Source: Marsupella aquatica
Taxonomy: Eukaryota > Plantae > Marchantiophyta
Direction of reading: 5' to 3'
Length of the DNA: 64,000 bases
Assembly: GCA_973895155.1 (NCBI GenBank)
Contig: OZ316892.1
Span: forward strand, 29,766,932 to 29,830,931
Positions 47,923 through 62,883 of this stretch are shown here, in pieces. The stretch's first letter is position 1. Every line of letters starts with the position of its first letter. The position numbers and the translations under genes are program-made. The notes beneath the pieces are model-generated. The model was not told the DNA's origin. It saw only the letters and a program-made list of their open reading frames with translations, and did not search any database.

Positions 47923-50900
47923 TGTTCACACCAAACATAATGATTTCCTTCTTATTCCTTTCTCTTTTTCCACATTTTTTCACTCAAAAAGCCTCGCCAA
48001 ATTTGAATGACGTCCACTTCAAAAAGTGGCGCAACTATTTATTATAGAAGTTAATGTGAATTTAATGAGTACTACTAGGTACTCTACAAGAAACCCTCTC
48101 GTTCTTCATATAGGAGGAATGTTGAGCATAGACGACAATCAAACTCATGAACCATCCAACGCACAAGAATTGACACTGAGAGATACATGGTTCATCTTCA
48201 CATGAGACTACGTCACTCCATGAGAACACACAAGAGTTTTACTTCACTCTAGGCCAACCGACCATACCAAACATCCACAGCACAAGCTCTCCCTATCTCT
48301 CAACCGGCTCCATAACAATGAGCCTGAGTTACTCTTCTCCATTGCAAGCAAACACCGCTTGGGTATAGTGTGTGTGCAACATGACTAACCTAACCTAGTC
48401 TGTGACTAAGGTTAGCCCTAGCTACGATAGAGTCATTACTCTAAATCTAAGAGTAAATACTAATAATCTCCCCCTTGCCTTTGGTCTAGGGGAGGGTAAA
48501 TTAAGAAGACTACCAATATGATTGCTCACTGAAAAGTTCTAGAAAGAGAAAACCAAACCGGCTTTAAATTTCTCTTTTTGTACGAGAGTAGACCAAAACT
48601 AAGTCGTAGTTTATACAAGGAATGAGAAAAAGCCTCACAACCCGAGTATACAACTCTTGTATAATCGGGAGGGGTCTACATTTTTATATGGACTAAAAAG
48701 TTGGCTACACAAAATAATAAAGTTTCAAAAAACCTGGGTTTTCCACTTTTTAAAATTTTCAAGTCATGTAAAAGGGTTGGTTTTCTTCCATTTCCATATG
48801 AAATTAAAAAATATTCCTACACATGCTGGAATTTCTATTAAAAGATTTTTAAAATTTTAATAAAAATCCTGAAAAACTGGCTAGTTTGGCTGTAGACCTT
48901 GTGAATTTGGTTTTGATGAACTTTTAGTACATCAAAACATGTTTGGTTTTCTTTTTAAGTTACATTTTTGGATACCTTAAGTTGAGAGGTACAAGATTTT
49001 AGAAGACTAAAATAAAATCTAAGATGGTCAATTGGATATATGGTCATTATATTAAGGAATTAAAAACTTGCCTTATAAAAAGGGGAGTTGCATACCCGGG
49101 CCTCACAATTGCTTGTGAGACAATTGCAAAACCTTCAACACATCACGGTGTCTAGAAAAACTCTTCAAATAAATCACTTTGGTAAATGCGTCAGTTGGGT
49201 AGAGTTTACCATCAATCATACTATCACACACACTTTGCCTGATAAAATGATACCTAGCGCCAATGTGCTTCACTTTGCTGCCCATCACTTGGTTCACAGC
49301 AAGATGGAGCGCACTTTGACAATCATAATGGAGTTTTGAACACATTCCTTGTGGCAATCTCATCTCAGTGATCAGTCTATTCAACCAAATTGCTTCCTTT
49401 GTTGTTTGCGCCGCTGCAACATACTTTGCTTCTATAGTAAATTGAACAATACACTTCTACAAAGTTGACCTCTAATTTATGCATTCACCGCCAAGTGTGA
49501 ACATATAACTTGTTGTTGACCTCCTCCGATCTAGTCAAATTCAATGCATAGTCAACATTTAAATAGCCCATCAATGATCTAACATTATCAGCATGCATGT
49601 GCATCAAACAATAGACCATGATCCACGGTACTCTTCAAGTATTGAATAATCCACTTCACTGCTTCCTATGCCATTGTACCTTCCCTGGATTCGACATGTA
49701 CCTACTCACCTTGCCCATAGCCATGGCAAGATTAGGTCTAGTGCAAGTCATCAAATACATGAGACTCCTCACTACCTTGTCATAAGGAACCTTTGACATC
49801 AACCCCTTCTCTTTCTCATCCGTAGGATGGAAAGCTGGTGACAACTTGAAGTGTGGAGCCAACGGGGTACTTACTGACTTGCTATCCCCCATGTTGAGTG
49901 AACCTTGCAATTACCTTCCTCGCATAACTAGCTACTATGCGTACATCAACCATAGCTTGCCAGCCTCCAAGTCCCTAGTGATCTCCATACCCTAAATCCT
50001 CTTAGTTGGCCCCAAGTCCTTCATCTTATAATAAACTTTGCACTGAGTAGTGCCTTGAGCTTAACAATCTCAGACCTATCTTGGCTGCAATAAGCATGTC
50101 ATTCACATAAAGTACTAAAATAATGAACCCAAGAGTAACATTCTTCATCAGTTTAAGATACACACAAGGACCAAACACACTTTTGTGAAAACCTTGTGCA
50201 CAATTCGAATCATCAAACCATTTATTCCACTGTCTTGGCGACTATTTCAACCCATATAAGGATCTCAGCAATCTGCAAACCAAATCCTCTTGTCCTCTCT
50301 TCACAAAACCTAGTAGTTGTCTCATGAAGACCTCGGGGGTTTCACTTTCACAAAAATGGCATATCACGTGCGACGAAGGATAGGGTCATTTTATTGGTTC
50401 TAAGGGAAGACATAGGAATTTTTGTAGAAGAACAATAAAGTTTTTTAAATTCAATTTTGAGACTTATAAGAACATTATGGTCTTTTTAATCCAATTTTTA
50501 GAACATTCCAAGAATATTTCAACTTTATAGGGGTTAAATTTTTTTAAAAAATCTTACATTTTAGGGGTCAGAGGCCTAAAAATGTCGTAGACGATGGGGA
50601 GGTCCCCATATAGTGAGACCCCTTAGATGAAGACCACCTCTTCCAAGGTGCCATAAAGAAAAGTTGTGACAACATCCATCTGATCTAGAAGTAGACCAAA
50701 CATAACAACAAGTACACATAGTAGCCGTATTGTAGAGTTCTTAGCAACTGGTGAGAAAACCTCATTGTAATCCATACCTTTTTCATGTGTGAATCCCTTG
50801 GCTACCAACCAAGCCTTGTAGACCTTTGATCCACCTATTGTGGATTGATCCTTCAGCTTGTAAATCTACTTGCTGTCCACCACTTGCTGTCTCTTAGGTA

Positions 50901-51730
50901 GCTTGACGAGCTCGCAAGTTTTGTTGTCCTTCAGTGACTACATCTCCGTTTGCATTGAGCTGTAGTCCATTCCTACTTCTCCTTAGAAGCACTTGCCTCA
51001 TGAAATGAAGAAGGTTCCCCTTCTTCCAAAATCAATGCATCATCCTCATCATCAATAACAAAATTCTCCTCTTGCAATTGAGATGAATCAACCCATTGTC
51101 CATACCTTGGTGGAGTGCGTACATTGCGACCATATGTTCTTCTAGTTGATGACTCTGGTTGATCTACGTGTCGGTACAATTTGAAGCTCACCAACATCCA
51201 ATTACTGCTTCACCAACATCAACAAACTCCTCTAGTTCCTCTGGCACAGGAACCAACTCCATAATTGGAGAAACTCCAGGTTCTCTCCGGTCATGCGCCT
51301 CATGACCAATCTCCCCCTCAACGTACAAAATTCAGGATAAGAGATTTTTCTTTGTTAGTACGGGAGACCTGAGTATTCTCCCCCTCCTTCAATAATTTGG
51401 ATTCATTCAAGGAAATATCCCTATTGACAATGAGCTTATAGACAATAGGATCCCATAACCTGTAGGCTTTTATTCCACTTTGGTACTAAAGAAAAATACA
51501 TTTATTGGAGGTAGGATCCAACTTGGTCTTATTATGTTGTGGTGTGAGAGCATATGCATCACTTCCCAAAACTACCAGTTATGATAGTCGGCTTGCCGCT
51601 TATAGTGCATTTCAAACGACATTTTGAAATTGATTGCACTAGAAAGAGAAAATTTTACCAAATAAGCTACCGTATTTGGAGCTACTACGGCCCAAAATTC
51701 ATGTGGTAAACCTGATTGGCTCAACATACT
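47923..51730 (-). mobile_element. Decayed Ty1/copia element (integrase tail, RT, RNase H, PPT, 3' LTR ~47923-48463)
   Basis: VAKGFTHEKGMDYNEVFSPVAK..QMDVVTTFLYG; YDKVVRSLMYLMTCTRPNL; LHYDCQSALHLAVNQV..KHIGARYHFIR. PPT AAGGGGGAGATT at 48464-48475. Confidence 0.88.
50332..50626. mobile_element. ~295-bp MITE in the copia RT, related to 28814-29120
   Basis: TSD ATGAAGAC (50324-50331 / 50627-50634). Imperfect TIR CTCGGGGGTTTCACT / AGTGAGACCCCTTAG. Confidence 0.85.
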
Positions 51731-51741
51731 TTATGACCGCT

Positions 51742-52812
51742 AGTCGCTAAACTTGATTACCTTAACACTTAGCTCCGATGTTGCTTACTCCGACGGTGAG
51801 CTCCTCTATGGCCCTAGCTCGGAACGACCATTTGGAGAGGACTTAGCATGAGGAGACTGGTGGGCAATGGGCGCGGCGCAAGCGAAGGCAAGGCGCTAAG
51901 CCGGTAACACACACTAGGACTTAGGCTAGTTGAGGGGTCACGGGAAAGGGCCGGGCAGAAGGTCAACCGTCCGGACCCCCAGACGGACTTTGAGTTTGGA
52001 GGGCTCGAGTGAGAGCTCCGTCCTCTTGGGCCCAAGGCAAATGGAGTTTACTTCATGTGCAACGGACGCTTGGGGCATGAGTTACGGCCCGACTCAGGTT
52101 TCGCCGCTCGGAGGCGTCCGGCGACAATGGGTTTTGAGGGCCTAGGCATGAGCCCTGGGTTGGCCCGATCACAATGGGCTAAGGCACTCCGCCTCCAAAT
52201 GCCTAACTAGAAGGTTATGGGCATAGCCAGTTGGTGGTGTGCCTAGACATGCGGGTTGGGGTCCAGGTGGGGGGCCAAGAATGTGGGGACCAAAGTAGGT
52301 CCAGGGTGGCAGGTCTCCAGAAGCATATATGAGAGAGTGATGTCTCCCTGTGGACTATGGGCGAGCCGAAGTCGTGAGCCGCATTGATCGTGACACTAAC
52401 GAAAAATGCCAAATGGTAACGACGATTCATAACTTCCCAACGGGAAGTTTGTTGGAGAACTTTTTGGGTGCGTTGGAAAGCTTTTGAGGAGGAGTATATT
52501 TTTATGAGCTCAACTGAGTCTAGGGGTGCCATGAATTCTCAGGGTTTGCAGGGGCCATCTCCCTATTTTGCCAAATCCTGTCAAAATAATTGTCAAGCCA
52601 GTCTCCGAAGTGAGCTTGGGTTGGGGAGGCAAGACCAAGTACGCATGGAGGTTGATTTCCAAGCGCACTTGGCCCTTAGGCTATTAGCAGGGCAAGACTG
52701 AGAGTTGGTTGTTAGAGTCGGGGCCTTTCTGGTCCCAGTATGTTGAGACAAACTTTAGGATAAACTACACTATTTGGGCCATGAACATGTCTTGGGGACA
52801 CGACAGTCAGTT
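51742..52812 (+). mobile_element. Truncated gypsy LTR (AGTC start), same family as 9667-11169
   Basis: Colinear similarity with 9667-10765. Confidence 0.85.
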
Positions 52813-52819
52813 GGGGCAA

Positions 52820-53724
52820 TGGATACTTAGATCCTTAATATTATTCTACTGGCCAGTTTTCAACAAAATTCGACGTGTGTATAGCTATGGCGTTGTTGTT
52901 TTAGAGGTTATTTCTAGAAGGAAGTCCATCAACTTTGACCAGACACTATCTGATGAGGACAGAATACTTGTGCGCTAGGTATGGTCTTGCTAGGTATGGT
53001 CTTACTTTTGCAATTATACAAGTTATACATTGTTTTTAGTTAGTTTCAAGTTGATGACATCTAGCAAGCAAAAATCATGCTAGTAGCCCACGTCATAGAA
53101 GTTGCACTAATGTATGGATCGGTTGTGATTAAGAAGTCGATCAGGTGCATGTGTGTTTTTCTTTAATGTGGCATTTACTGTCAAATGTGGTGACCAGATT
53201 ATCCAGATCATACATGTGTTAATCAGCGAGAGCTGATATATTAGGAACACATATTAAGTTTAGAAGATCTTGAATGTAGTTTAGTATTTGATAAAAAGAT
53301 TCAACATTATTAATTTGATTTGGGCAGAAAGTTCGTTGGATATGTAACTTAATAGCCAAATTTGGTTAAATTTGTTTCTAACGTAGTTTACATCTTCTGT
53401 GTGTAGGTTCAAAAGAAGCATAAACAGGGGTTATTGCTAGAGATCTTGCAACCCTAGTTGAGAGAGAACTATGTGCTAGCTCAAGTCATGAGAGCCATCC
53501 ATGTTGGTTTATTATGTGTACAAGAAGGTCCAACAAGGCGCCCATCAATGTCTCAAGTACTAAACATGCTCTTGGGAAATATGGATGCAGTGTACGAACA
53601 TGAAAATAACCAATGTGATATGGAAGTACCATCGACTGACAGTAAGATTCAATATTCAAGTGACCCCTCTCAATTCTCACGATGGAAGAATAGTTCTTTT
53701 TCGGTCTACAAATGTGAATGGTAA
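52820..53724 (+). pseudogene. 5'-truncated duplicate of the kinase gene (last two exons)
   Basis: Matches 40487-41330. Frameshifted first exon, TGG>TAG at ~52976. Abuts an LTR fragment. Confidence 0.85.
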
Positions 53725-54298
53725 CTGACGCAGGTCATTCCCCATTGCACCTGTGATGCAAGAAGAGTTATGATGTCTGAGTGCTCACTGAGGGAGAAAC
53801 AGAACTCAAAAGCTGACAGAGGCTCAGGTGAAAAGCTAGAGTGATTTTTGGTGTCTAATTTTGGAATACATATCATATCATGGAAAATAAATTATACACA
53901 TCATGAGGTCTGGGGAGAGTTGTGGGTGCCTGGTGATCGGGCTGGTGATGATGTGAATAGTGGAGAATAGAGTATGTTGACTTGAATGGACCTGCCACAC
54001 AAAATTGAATTACGTACGCTCTGTTGGTCCTGTTAGATGCGCAACGGGATGAGCAAAACTCTGTATTGCCAGATTATCTTTGATTTGAGCTTCTGTGGCC
54101 TGGGATTGGAAAGACGCGATTTATTGGAATCTTTAAGTTGTTTTAAATCAACTACTAGCTTATAATTCAGGACGACGTCGATTGAAAGTTATTAGTAAGT
54201 ACAGCTGCTCAGACAGGTTGACTGAAGGACGGCTAGAAATCTGGAATCAACGATACTACTCACTCCCAGCCTTTTCCTGGTTGAAATATTGAAATCTT

Positions 54299-54844
54299 GT
54301 GCTTCTGCACATGCTTGCAGATGACTTGGACGATTTATATAGTGATCCAATCACTGAGGAGACTATGTGCGACCCTGTGAGCTGCTCTGATGGCCGGACT
54401 TATTGTAGATGGACTCTGATTGACAATGGAATGACCAGGTCACCATATGACAGGACCGAACTAACTATTCATTGTGATGACATCACTACAAGGTCAAGAT
54501 TATTTAGAGTCTTTCCAGAACAAGCATCAAAGTTTCGGGAGCGCCGAAACAAACATCGAGCGGAGGCTCTGCAGCACGCACGCACTGATCCAGTCGAGTT
54601 GGAGTGCGCTATAGAGAAACTGAACGACATTCTCGTGTGGGACCGTAGAGATGCTGAATGTCGGAAGGAGCTTGCTCGAACTCTAAGCCTTGTTTGTCAA
54701 ACTATTCCTCAACCATCGCTTTTGGATACAATTCCTGAGGTGATGCACGAAGGTATGATAAGAGCTAGACTTGACAACGAAGGGGATCTATTCCTCAAAT
54801 TCTTGGTGCTATTTTATGTTGCAATCTGGTTGTTCATAATCTAG
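54299..54844 (+). CDS. U-box-like protein, copy 2
   Basis: Four amino-acid differences from 41868-42413. Confidence 0.8.
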   Translation: MLLHMLADDLDDLYSDPITEETMCDPVSCSDGRTYCRWTLIDNGMTRSPYDRTELTIHCDDITTRSRLFRVFPEQASKFRERRNKHRAEALQHARTDPVELECAIEKLNDILVWDRRDAECRKELARTLSLVCQTIPQPSLLDTIPEVMHEGMIRARLDNEGDLFLKFLVLFYVAIWLFII

Positions 54845-57483
54845 AACTCTCCAGGCATCTAGAGTAAATACAACTCTATGAGCAAATCCTGGTAAAACGT
54901 GGATTGAAAAGACCCGGGCAATAGTGAGAGATTTCATGTGAATGAGGCTAAGAGTCACTAGAAGGCTGCTTCCATGGAGTAAGAAGGCCGGCATCAAGGC
55001 GAAGCGTCAAAATGGTGGGTATATCAAATTGCACTACCCGATTCTAAAGTTGCAGTCAACACTAGCTTCCATGAACATCCGGGAATTGCACTACCGGATA
55101 ATCATGTATAGTCATCACATGTCTGGTTTTGTAACTTAAACTGCCGTCTCAACATTTGCCGTTTCAATATCTGGTTGAATTTCCATATTTATCTTAGTTT
55201 TCACAGTGCTGAGTATTGATGGCTCGATCTGTCATTTCTTCTATCTGTATGAAGGAGGGCGGAAGCATTACCAGCAGATCCGTTTTGGCAAGTCATTCAA
55301 TTCCGTCCAGCAGTCCAAGGATCGAACTCCAAGATGTGTACGGCCCAGAAACAACTCATTGTACGTGGGCAAATTGGGTCCATCACCAGCTATGGCCGGT
55401 CCCAGACCCAGTTAAGGTCAGACGGTCGAGAGTCAAATACTGCAAGAAATATTTGTAGGTGACTTTTGATCTCTACACCACGGCAGAACTTGTTATCATG
55501 AGTTGCAGAGTGTTAATTTCTTAGTTGAACTCTTCACTTCCACACTTTTTCAGTGTCGGAAGAGTTCCTTCTGCCGGATAGCTTTGAAAAACCAGCGTTC
55601 AACAAGCACCAGAATCTTCAAACGTTAGTAGAAGGAGGAGCTATCCTGCGTTCAACAAGCTCAATGTAATGCATGTGAACCCTCACCGAGTTTCTAAAAT
55701 AAGATTCCAGTTAGTACCCTTTAATTTCTTGAAGTATGCTCCTCAACAATCTTCTCGTCTGCACGCTTACCTTCCTGGTAAGTCCACTTCATACCATGGA
55801 AATTGTGTGAATGTAACGATAATTGAAGGGAAGGTCTTGAGATGTGGCATGAAATGCAATAGCGGGAGTTGTGCCCAGAAGACCTCAAAGTTGCACAGTA
55901 GCAATTATTCACAAATTCGTCTCAAGTATATGTAGATTCTTTGTGCTTGGATATAGTTGGAACCATGAGCAGAGGTACGTTGTGTGTAGAGAACTGTCTT
56001 TCTCGATAAAGTCTCAACATCATTCTTTAAGATTTCACGGGTAAATTCTTAATGAGATTATAATTTACTCATCTCATGGTCTGCATATATTTTCCTCCTA
56101 GGATCCGTTAGCCACTCTCCAATCATGCTCAAGCGATTTCAATGGTTCTCATCCGTTGAATATTAATATTGCCCTCCCTCTGATCAATTACTACCCATTA
56201 GTTCCCTACTGAATTTGCTAGTTTGAGGAGCTCATATCGTGAAGTCCCGTTTTCTGAGTCTAAGTACGTTTGTACTCTTCAATTAGCTGGTTTTTAACTC
56301 TAGTTGCATTCAAGACAAACAAGAGAATTAAAGAGATACTTATCATGATCTATCAACTTTGTAAGATGAGGGTATATATTCTCGTGTATTAAAAGACGTG
56401 GATCTCTCGGGGGATTTCTACAGGTCATCATGATCGATCCCAAAGCATTCTGCCCATTGACGCCAATTCCGAGCCACAGGGTCAATAACATTTCTCTACA
56501 GTGATCTCAAAATCTTGATCTGGCTTTGCTTTGACGAACCACGAAAGAAACTTTTGAAAGTGTTGTCTGAACTTGATTTGGAAACCAGCAATCTAAGCAA
56601 GAAACTAATTTCTCCCCTGGTAGTTTGTACTGTATGATAGTCACTTTTCAATCTTGGCCACCTGACCCCGCGGTCATCTTGTGCCACAAAATATTTGAAC
56701 AGAGCAGGCGATGCCTTCCATACTGTCTGTCGTCTTTGGACATTAATTCATCAATTGATCCGAGCCTTTGTCAAGTGGTCCTCGGTCTTCCACCCTGCTG
56801 TGGACTCATTTCCTGAAGGAACACAGACAAATAGTCTGACGATCATTCTGTCGATTGTTTACAAAGCAGATTAATTAATTAAATGCTTTCATTGGACAAT
56901 CTAGGTTCATGGAATTTCATTACTTACTGATACCGCCACAAGGTTCGGAGAGTTCTTTGTGCTTTACAAGTTGAGGCACATGTTTACTCAAGGGAGTGAT
57001 TTGATCTGACAATCACATCATTTTGCCGCTTAATTGCACGTTGTTTTCCTTTAATTGCACGTTGTTTTCCTTTTATTGAAAATATGTTTTCGGAGTACAT
57101 GCCTCCATTTCCACAAAACACAGGGCTAGCTGTAAATATCCCCTTGCAATTATCCGCTTCGATTTCCTAATAATTGCTCAGATTATAATCTACTCTATGC
57201 AAATGCACTACCAGAAATTGTATGTGAGCTAGCATTCAACGCGCAATCGGACAGTTCAAATTTCACGTTGCCAAATAACAACCAGCTGAAAAGAACAAAA
57301 CGAGCCGACCCAGGGCACACCCCGGGAGCTAGATGAGACACACAGGTACTCAAAACTTCGGATTCAGATACCGAGTAAATCAAGTCTCAGATCGTAACAC
57401 TTAGTTGTCTATAGTTCACTTAGTTGTCCCGGACTTCGACAGTGGACGACTAAGAGAACTGTGTATATAGTAAGTACGTAAGT

Positions 57484-58847
57484 TCAGACTTCCTGAGGTT
57501 CGTCGCTGTCCAGGGGTCCGACTAAAGCATCAATTGCTGGCGCAAGGTGTGAAAACACCTCTTTCAAAGTTGCAATCCTGGACTCTTCACAATTCCAGGC
57601 AGAGGGAACAGGGTACCTTCCACTGGGGTTATACTCCTCCAACTCCATTAGAGCTGTTGTGACAGAATTGTACACTCCAATACCAAATTCTTCCTTCAAA
57701 GACGATAACTGCTCATTTCCATGGTCGATTTCTTGCTACACTCTCAGCACGCAGGCGTTGCACAAGGGCCCAAGACAATACAATAATTAGATCGATATAT
57801 TTGATTCCAAATAAGAAATTTCCAAACCAGCTATACGCCATCCTGTGAAGCCACGCAGTTCAGATAACTGTTTAAACGTTGATCAACACATAGTGGTATT
57901 TAACTGTAAAAGAGATAGTGCCAAGAATTACCTTCCATTTGCCGTTCTCAGCCTCAACAGTTTTGAACGGATGGAACGTGGGATTTTGTAAAATGTCGTC
58001 CCACTTTGAAAGCTCCAGCAGCATCATCGATTCCCATCTGTCATCAGACTTAAATCTTGTCTTAAATTCTGCTATCCAGGGAGCCGCATCTATGAGGCCC
58101 ACGTTCTTGAATCGAATGACAGACGGTTTCAGTTTTCCAAGGCCTTTCCTTTTGCGAGCATCCCCGATTAGCCGCCTCGCCTTCACTGTATCTACAGCTT
58201 TGACCATCTGATAAAAACCATCTTCCAGAGTAAGCTAGATCATCAGTACATGAAAGTAAAAGGAAACCGAATTGAAGTCAGTCGAGCGGTATCAAAATCA
58301 TACCTTAGCACCTATTTTGCGAGCTTCAGAGAGCTCATCATTGGACTTTTTAAACATTACGTTCACGCTGCAAATCGTATGCTGCAAATAGTCCAGGGTC
58401 TCTTCTTGAGTATCCTCAATTGGCGCACACCCTTTCTCATCCTCCTTTGTGACTTTCTGAAACAAGCTTTCAGCTTGCATCCACTGATTTAGTTGCTGCT
58501 TTTGCAATTCAAACTTCTGGTCTCTCTCAAGCCGGAGATGATTATTTCTTGCCTCTTCAGCTAATCTTCGAGCCTCTTCCTGCAGAGAAGCCCGCTTTCT
58601 GGAGGTCATTAAACTCCTCCGATCAGATGCAAATCCGATGCACGCATTCTCTAAATACCAGAGGTCTATATAAGGATGTTTTTCTTCCAAGCTATAATAA
58701 GTGACAATTAACCATCTTCCAAACTCACACCTTATGCCTCGCAGCTAACTCTAGCTGCTCCGTTTGCCACTGTGTCAGCAAACTCTCATGCTGTGAGAGC
58801 TGCTCAGTTTGCCACTGTGTCAACAAACTCTCATGCGGGGACAACAT
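57484..58847 (-). CDS. XH-domain protein, copy 2
   Basis: Paralogous exons to 44565-46017 (KWDDILQNPTFHPFK; ALMELEEYNPSGRYPVPSAWN). Confidence 0.85.
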
Positions 58848-60584
58848 GTCGCCCAAGTGCTGATCCTGCGAAAGTGTTACGAACAAGCTGTCAGTGCTCT
58901 ATTATCAGGATTCATAATTTGACATAATGAAGCACACGTCGGTAAGTGGATTGGAGTGACGACTACCTCGGAAACCTCCCCCGCTACCGTTTCAATTAGA
59001 AGGTGTTATAATCGCCGGAAGACTGCCGTCGACCAAATTAAGCCAAAGCTCCTAAGCCGCCTCCACACCTCGCTACGATCCGCCTCCCGTCAGGACGTTG
59101 ATTTCGATCACTCACAAGCACCTTGTTTCCGAGATCCTATTGTCAAGTAAAGAGCCAAGTCCAAGTAGAAAGGATCGAATTTACCTGTCAGATTGGCGGG
59201 GAGCTGATCCGGACCCAAATTCTACAGGTAACCTCACTGGTGAATGATCGTGAAGGGCGGTCGTTGCTAGATATACTAGCTCGTCGGTACATGATCTGGA
59301 AGCTTCTGCACTTCTGATAGTGTCAAACCGTAGAAAGTTCACGAAAGAAGACCTGCAGAAGTTAACACTTATCAGTAACTACACACCAAAGTACAACCAG
59401 CGTCCATGCCATCATGATATGAAGTGCTCAAATATCAATGAATTCAACCGGCCGCGACAGCATGATCTGAAGTGCTCAAATAGGAAAATCAATAGCGACA
59501 TACGCTCGCCTAGATATCTCCCTTAGTAGGCTGCCTGTACTCTAATCTAACTTCATGTAGATAGGGACAGATTCTGTTTGGGCTGGAAAATATGCGAAAC
59601 ATAGCTGTCGTGCATGTGCTCTAATGTGCACTAACTTACTGTAGAAAAGGGACAGATTACGTTTGTGCTGGAAACATATGCGAAACATAGTTATCGTATT
59701 GAGAGACTTGTGCAGTACAGAACAGCGGATCATTATGCGTTACTAACCGTTGTTAGGGAGACCTCAGGTCGACATTACGGACCAATGTATGGAAACTTCG
59801 AAGAATTACTGAAGAAGGGTCACTCATTCACCTTTTGTGCGGACGAGCTTAGTCTCTAGCTACGCTAATGAGGTGAATGGCATAACTCATTATTTTGAAA
59901 GAAATAACCGGACTGGACCGTCAGCACTCGTCCTCACACAGACGGAGTTTATTGGGTTGAGATCCTAATGCTGCCTGCCTCGAGTATTGGAATTAAAGGG
60001 TTTCAGTGTGGTTTGAGGGTCACACAGCGCGCAGTTGGCTGCACCCTACCTAACATATATGTCGATCTTTTAGTCCGGCAATTAAACCGCAGTTTTTCTC
60101 TTTTCTTCTCGCAGACCGCGCCTGGTAAATAAAAGTGCATCTGTATACGACGCACGCCTTCAATTCTATGCCAACGTGCCTCGTTGTTGCGCTCCTGGCA
60201 ATCAAATTGAATTTAGATTGGAACTTTACCATGCAGCCGGATATATTGAAGGGGCAAGATCATCGGATTTCTCGACATCGGAACTCACTGCCTTCACTGC
60301 CTTCACTGCAGAAGACAAGCTGGGAAAGTACAAGTCTGTCTACAGTTTCGTAGTTAGCACTTAGCAGCGCAATTGGGGCAGATGCTACCACCCACGTCCC
60401 ACAGTAGCCCCCACCGGAATGTAACGAGCATTTACGAACTATCCACATGGGATAGAGTTTATCGAATCAACTTTATTAATATGTTGAGGCACGAGTTCAT
60501 GAGTAAAGCACGAGAGTTTGATTACATATAATTCTGGCGGAGATATTCCACCACGATTCAAACCCATGGCCGTCTCTTACGGCA

Positions 60585-60760
60585 GATCAGAAATTTAGTC
60601 AAAATATGTTTTGATGTAATACAAAGATTTGCTGTTTGGTACTGAAATACGGAGATCAGAAATTTCGTCAAAATATTTTGATGTAATAAAAAGATTTGCT
60701 GCTGGTACTAAAATACGGAGATCAGAAATTTAGTCCAAATATTTTAATGTAATACAAAGA
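60585..60760. repeat. ~67-bp tandem repeat, ~2.6 copies
   Basis: gatcagaaattt.gtc.aaata...tgatgtaata.aaagatttgctg repeated. Confidence 0.8.
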
Positions 60761-62883
60761 TATGGAGTAGTACTATATACAAAACTAGCCCCATGTTTGT
60801 GCATTGTAGAAAAGATAACGAGCTGAAGAAAATATATTGAAATGAGAGAGATATTGAAATGAGAGAAAAATTTGAAAGAGAGACAAATTGAGTTGCCCAC
60901 ATGATTTCAAAAATGTTGAATTGCGCACATGATGTTGAAGTTAGAAAAGATGTTGAAATGAGAAATTGATAGTGAAGCGAGGAAAGAATGTGGAGAAGAA
61001 AAAAACATATCAAGGACAGAAAATTTGTCAAAATGAAATTAAAATGTCAGGATGAGAAAAAGATATTGGAATGCCAAAAAGATATCAATATGAGGAAAAT
61101 AAATTTAGGAGAGAAAAATATAAGAAGAGAGGAAAAGTATGATGTCAAAATGAATTGTTTTTGTCAATGCGAGGCAAGAAAGTACAGGCTCTGGGAGGTA
61201 GTTATCAAGGCATATTCTATATCATCCCTGCCATACAATCATGATTGTGGTCAAGTTCAACACCAGTGCTTGCATAGAAGGGGTCAATAAGTGAAAGATG
61301 TTGAAGTGGAAAAGAAGTGGTTTCAATAAAAGGTGTTCATATGAAAACGATGGTGTGGCCTGACTTGGGAACAAAAACAATCTATTAGAGAAGAACTTTA
61401 AAGGGTCCACTTGTAAAAATCTGGGAATAAATGGTTTAGTATGGAATTCCATCCAATACCTAGCTCAAAAATGTCACCATTAAAAAAATGGCTCAATTGT
61501 CCTTATAAAAACTATTCCCCCGCCACAAAAAAAGAGATAATGATGTATTCTAAAATCAATTACACTAGAGTCTTGGGGTACGTATCAAATCTGGATGATA
61601 GTGGTCAGTGAATAATACCAAGAATCTTGACTAATTAATTTGTTTTGACCAAATGCAGAAACATACACAAAAGACAAAGTGTGAAAAAACAAAGTAGAGA
61701 AAAGAAATGAAAAAGAAGGGAAGCAAAAGACAGGCACAAAAGAATTAAAGGAAAGAGAAGGAAAAGGGCAGGCACAAAAGACAAACGGGAGGAAAGGTGG
61801 CCTACAGAACATGAATTAAAGGGGAGTATCCAGAGGTTTAGATTGTGTCCAATCAAGGGTAGCCAAAAAACATTCTTTAAATGGAATGGTTTGGGTTGAA
61901 TTACGCCAATTCTGCTTTGGTAAGCAGATGATGCCCAGAAAAGGAGGAGATACTTTATTATAGTGTGTGATTAATTAACAGGTGAGGGCAGGTTCAACTG
62001 AAGATAGCTTGGGCCGACTCCCGAGTGACAGAAAATGGTGCATTTGACTGTGCTAAGAAATCATTTTTGATAGAGGGCCAGGTTTTGCTCTCTCCTATTT
62101 TTCATTTTGTAAAGGATGAAGAATTTTTATTTTTTTCTTGGGAGTATTATTGTGTTTGATTTCAGGGTCGGGTTTATGGTATTGTACTAGATTCGCATGA
62201 ATATTCAGAAAATAGAAATTGTCATAGCAGTCTCTTCCAACTGCTGTCATGGGAAACTCCATCATGTTCATGACACCGCCATGCAACTGAAATTTGCTAT
62301 TTTTCCGCTTCAATCTCCTAATAATTCCGGCCATTAAAATGCACAGTGTCGTGGCACAAGTAGCTAAATTAGGAGGATTGAGCTCAGTGTATACCTCCTT
62401 AATCCACGTTCTAGTCTTTCGGGCTAAAACAACATTCATATATCAATTCCAGTCAGAGAAATCACGCTTGTTCAATTTTGAGATAATGCACATTCAACAT
62501 CAAGGGACTGGAAATATGCACCGCCGTGAAATAAATGCATATTTAGCCGCTCTTCATCAGCGTATAATATTCATATTCAAATTCAAAATTGCACAAAAGT
62601 GGACGAACTTGTCGTCTCAAAACTGTACGAATATCTAATTATGAGCTTCATGTCATAAATACTAAGGTCCGTGAGGTTGATCATTTTGCTTGCCATGACA
62701 ATCTACTACGTACGTACCCTGAGCTACTGCGAGGTTCAAATGAGCACGGCGACGAACTTCTGAGAGTCTGAACTTACGTACTACACAATACTCTTCGTTG
62801 TCCACGGTGGAACTCCGGTGGAACTCCGGGACAGTGAAGAGTTTTATATATAAAGGCAAGCGTCGGGCTTCTCAGACAGCTTC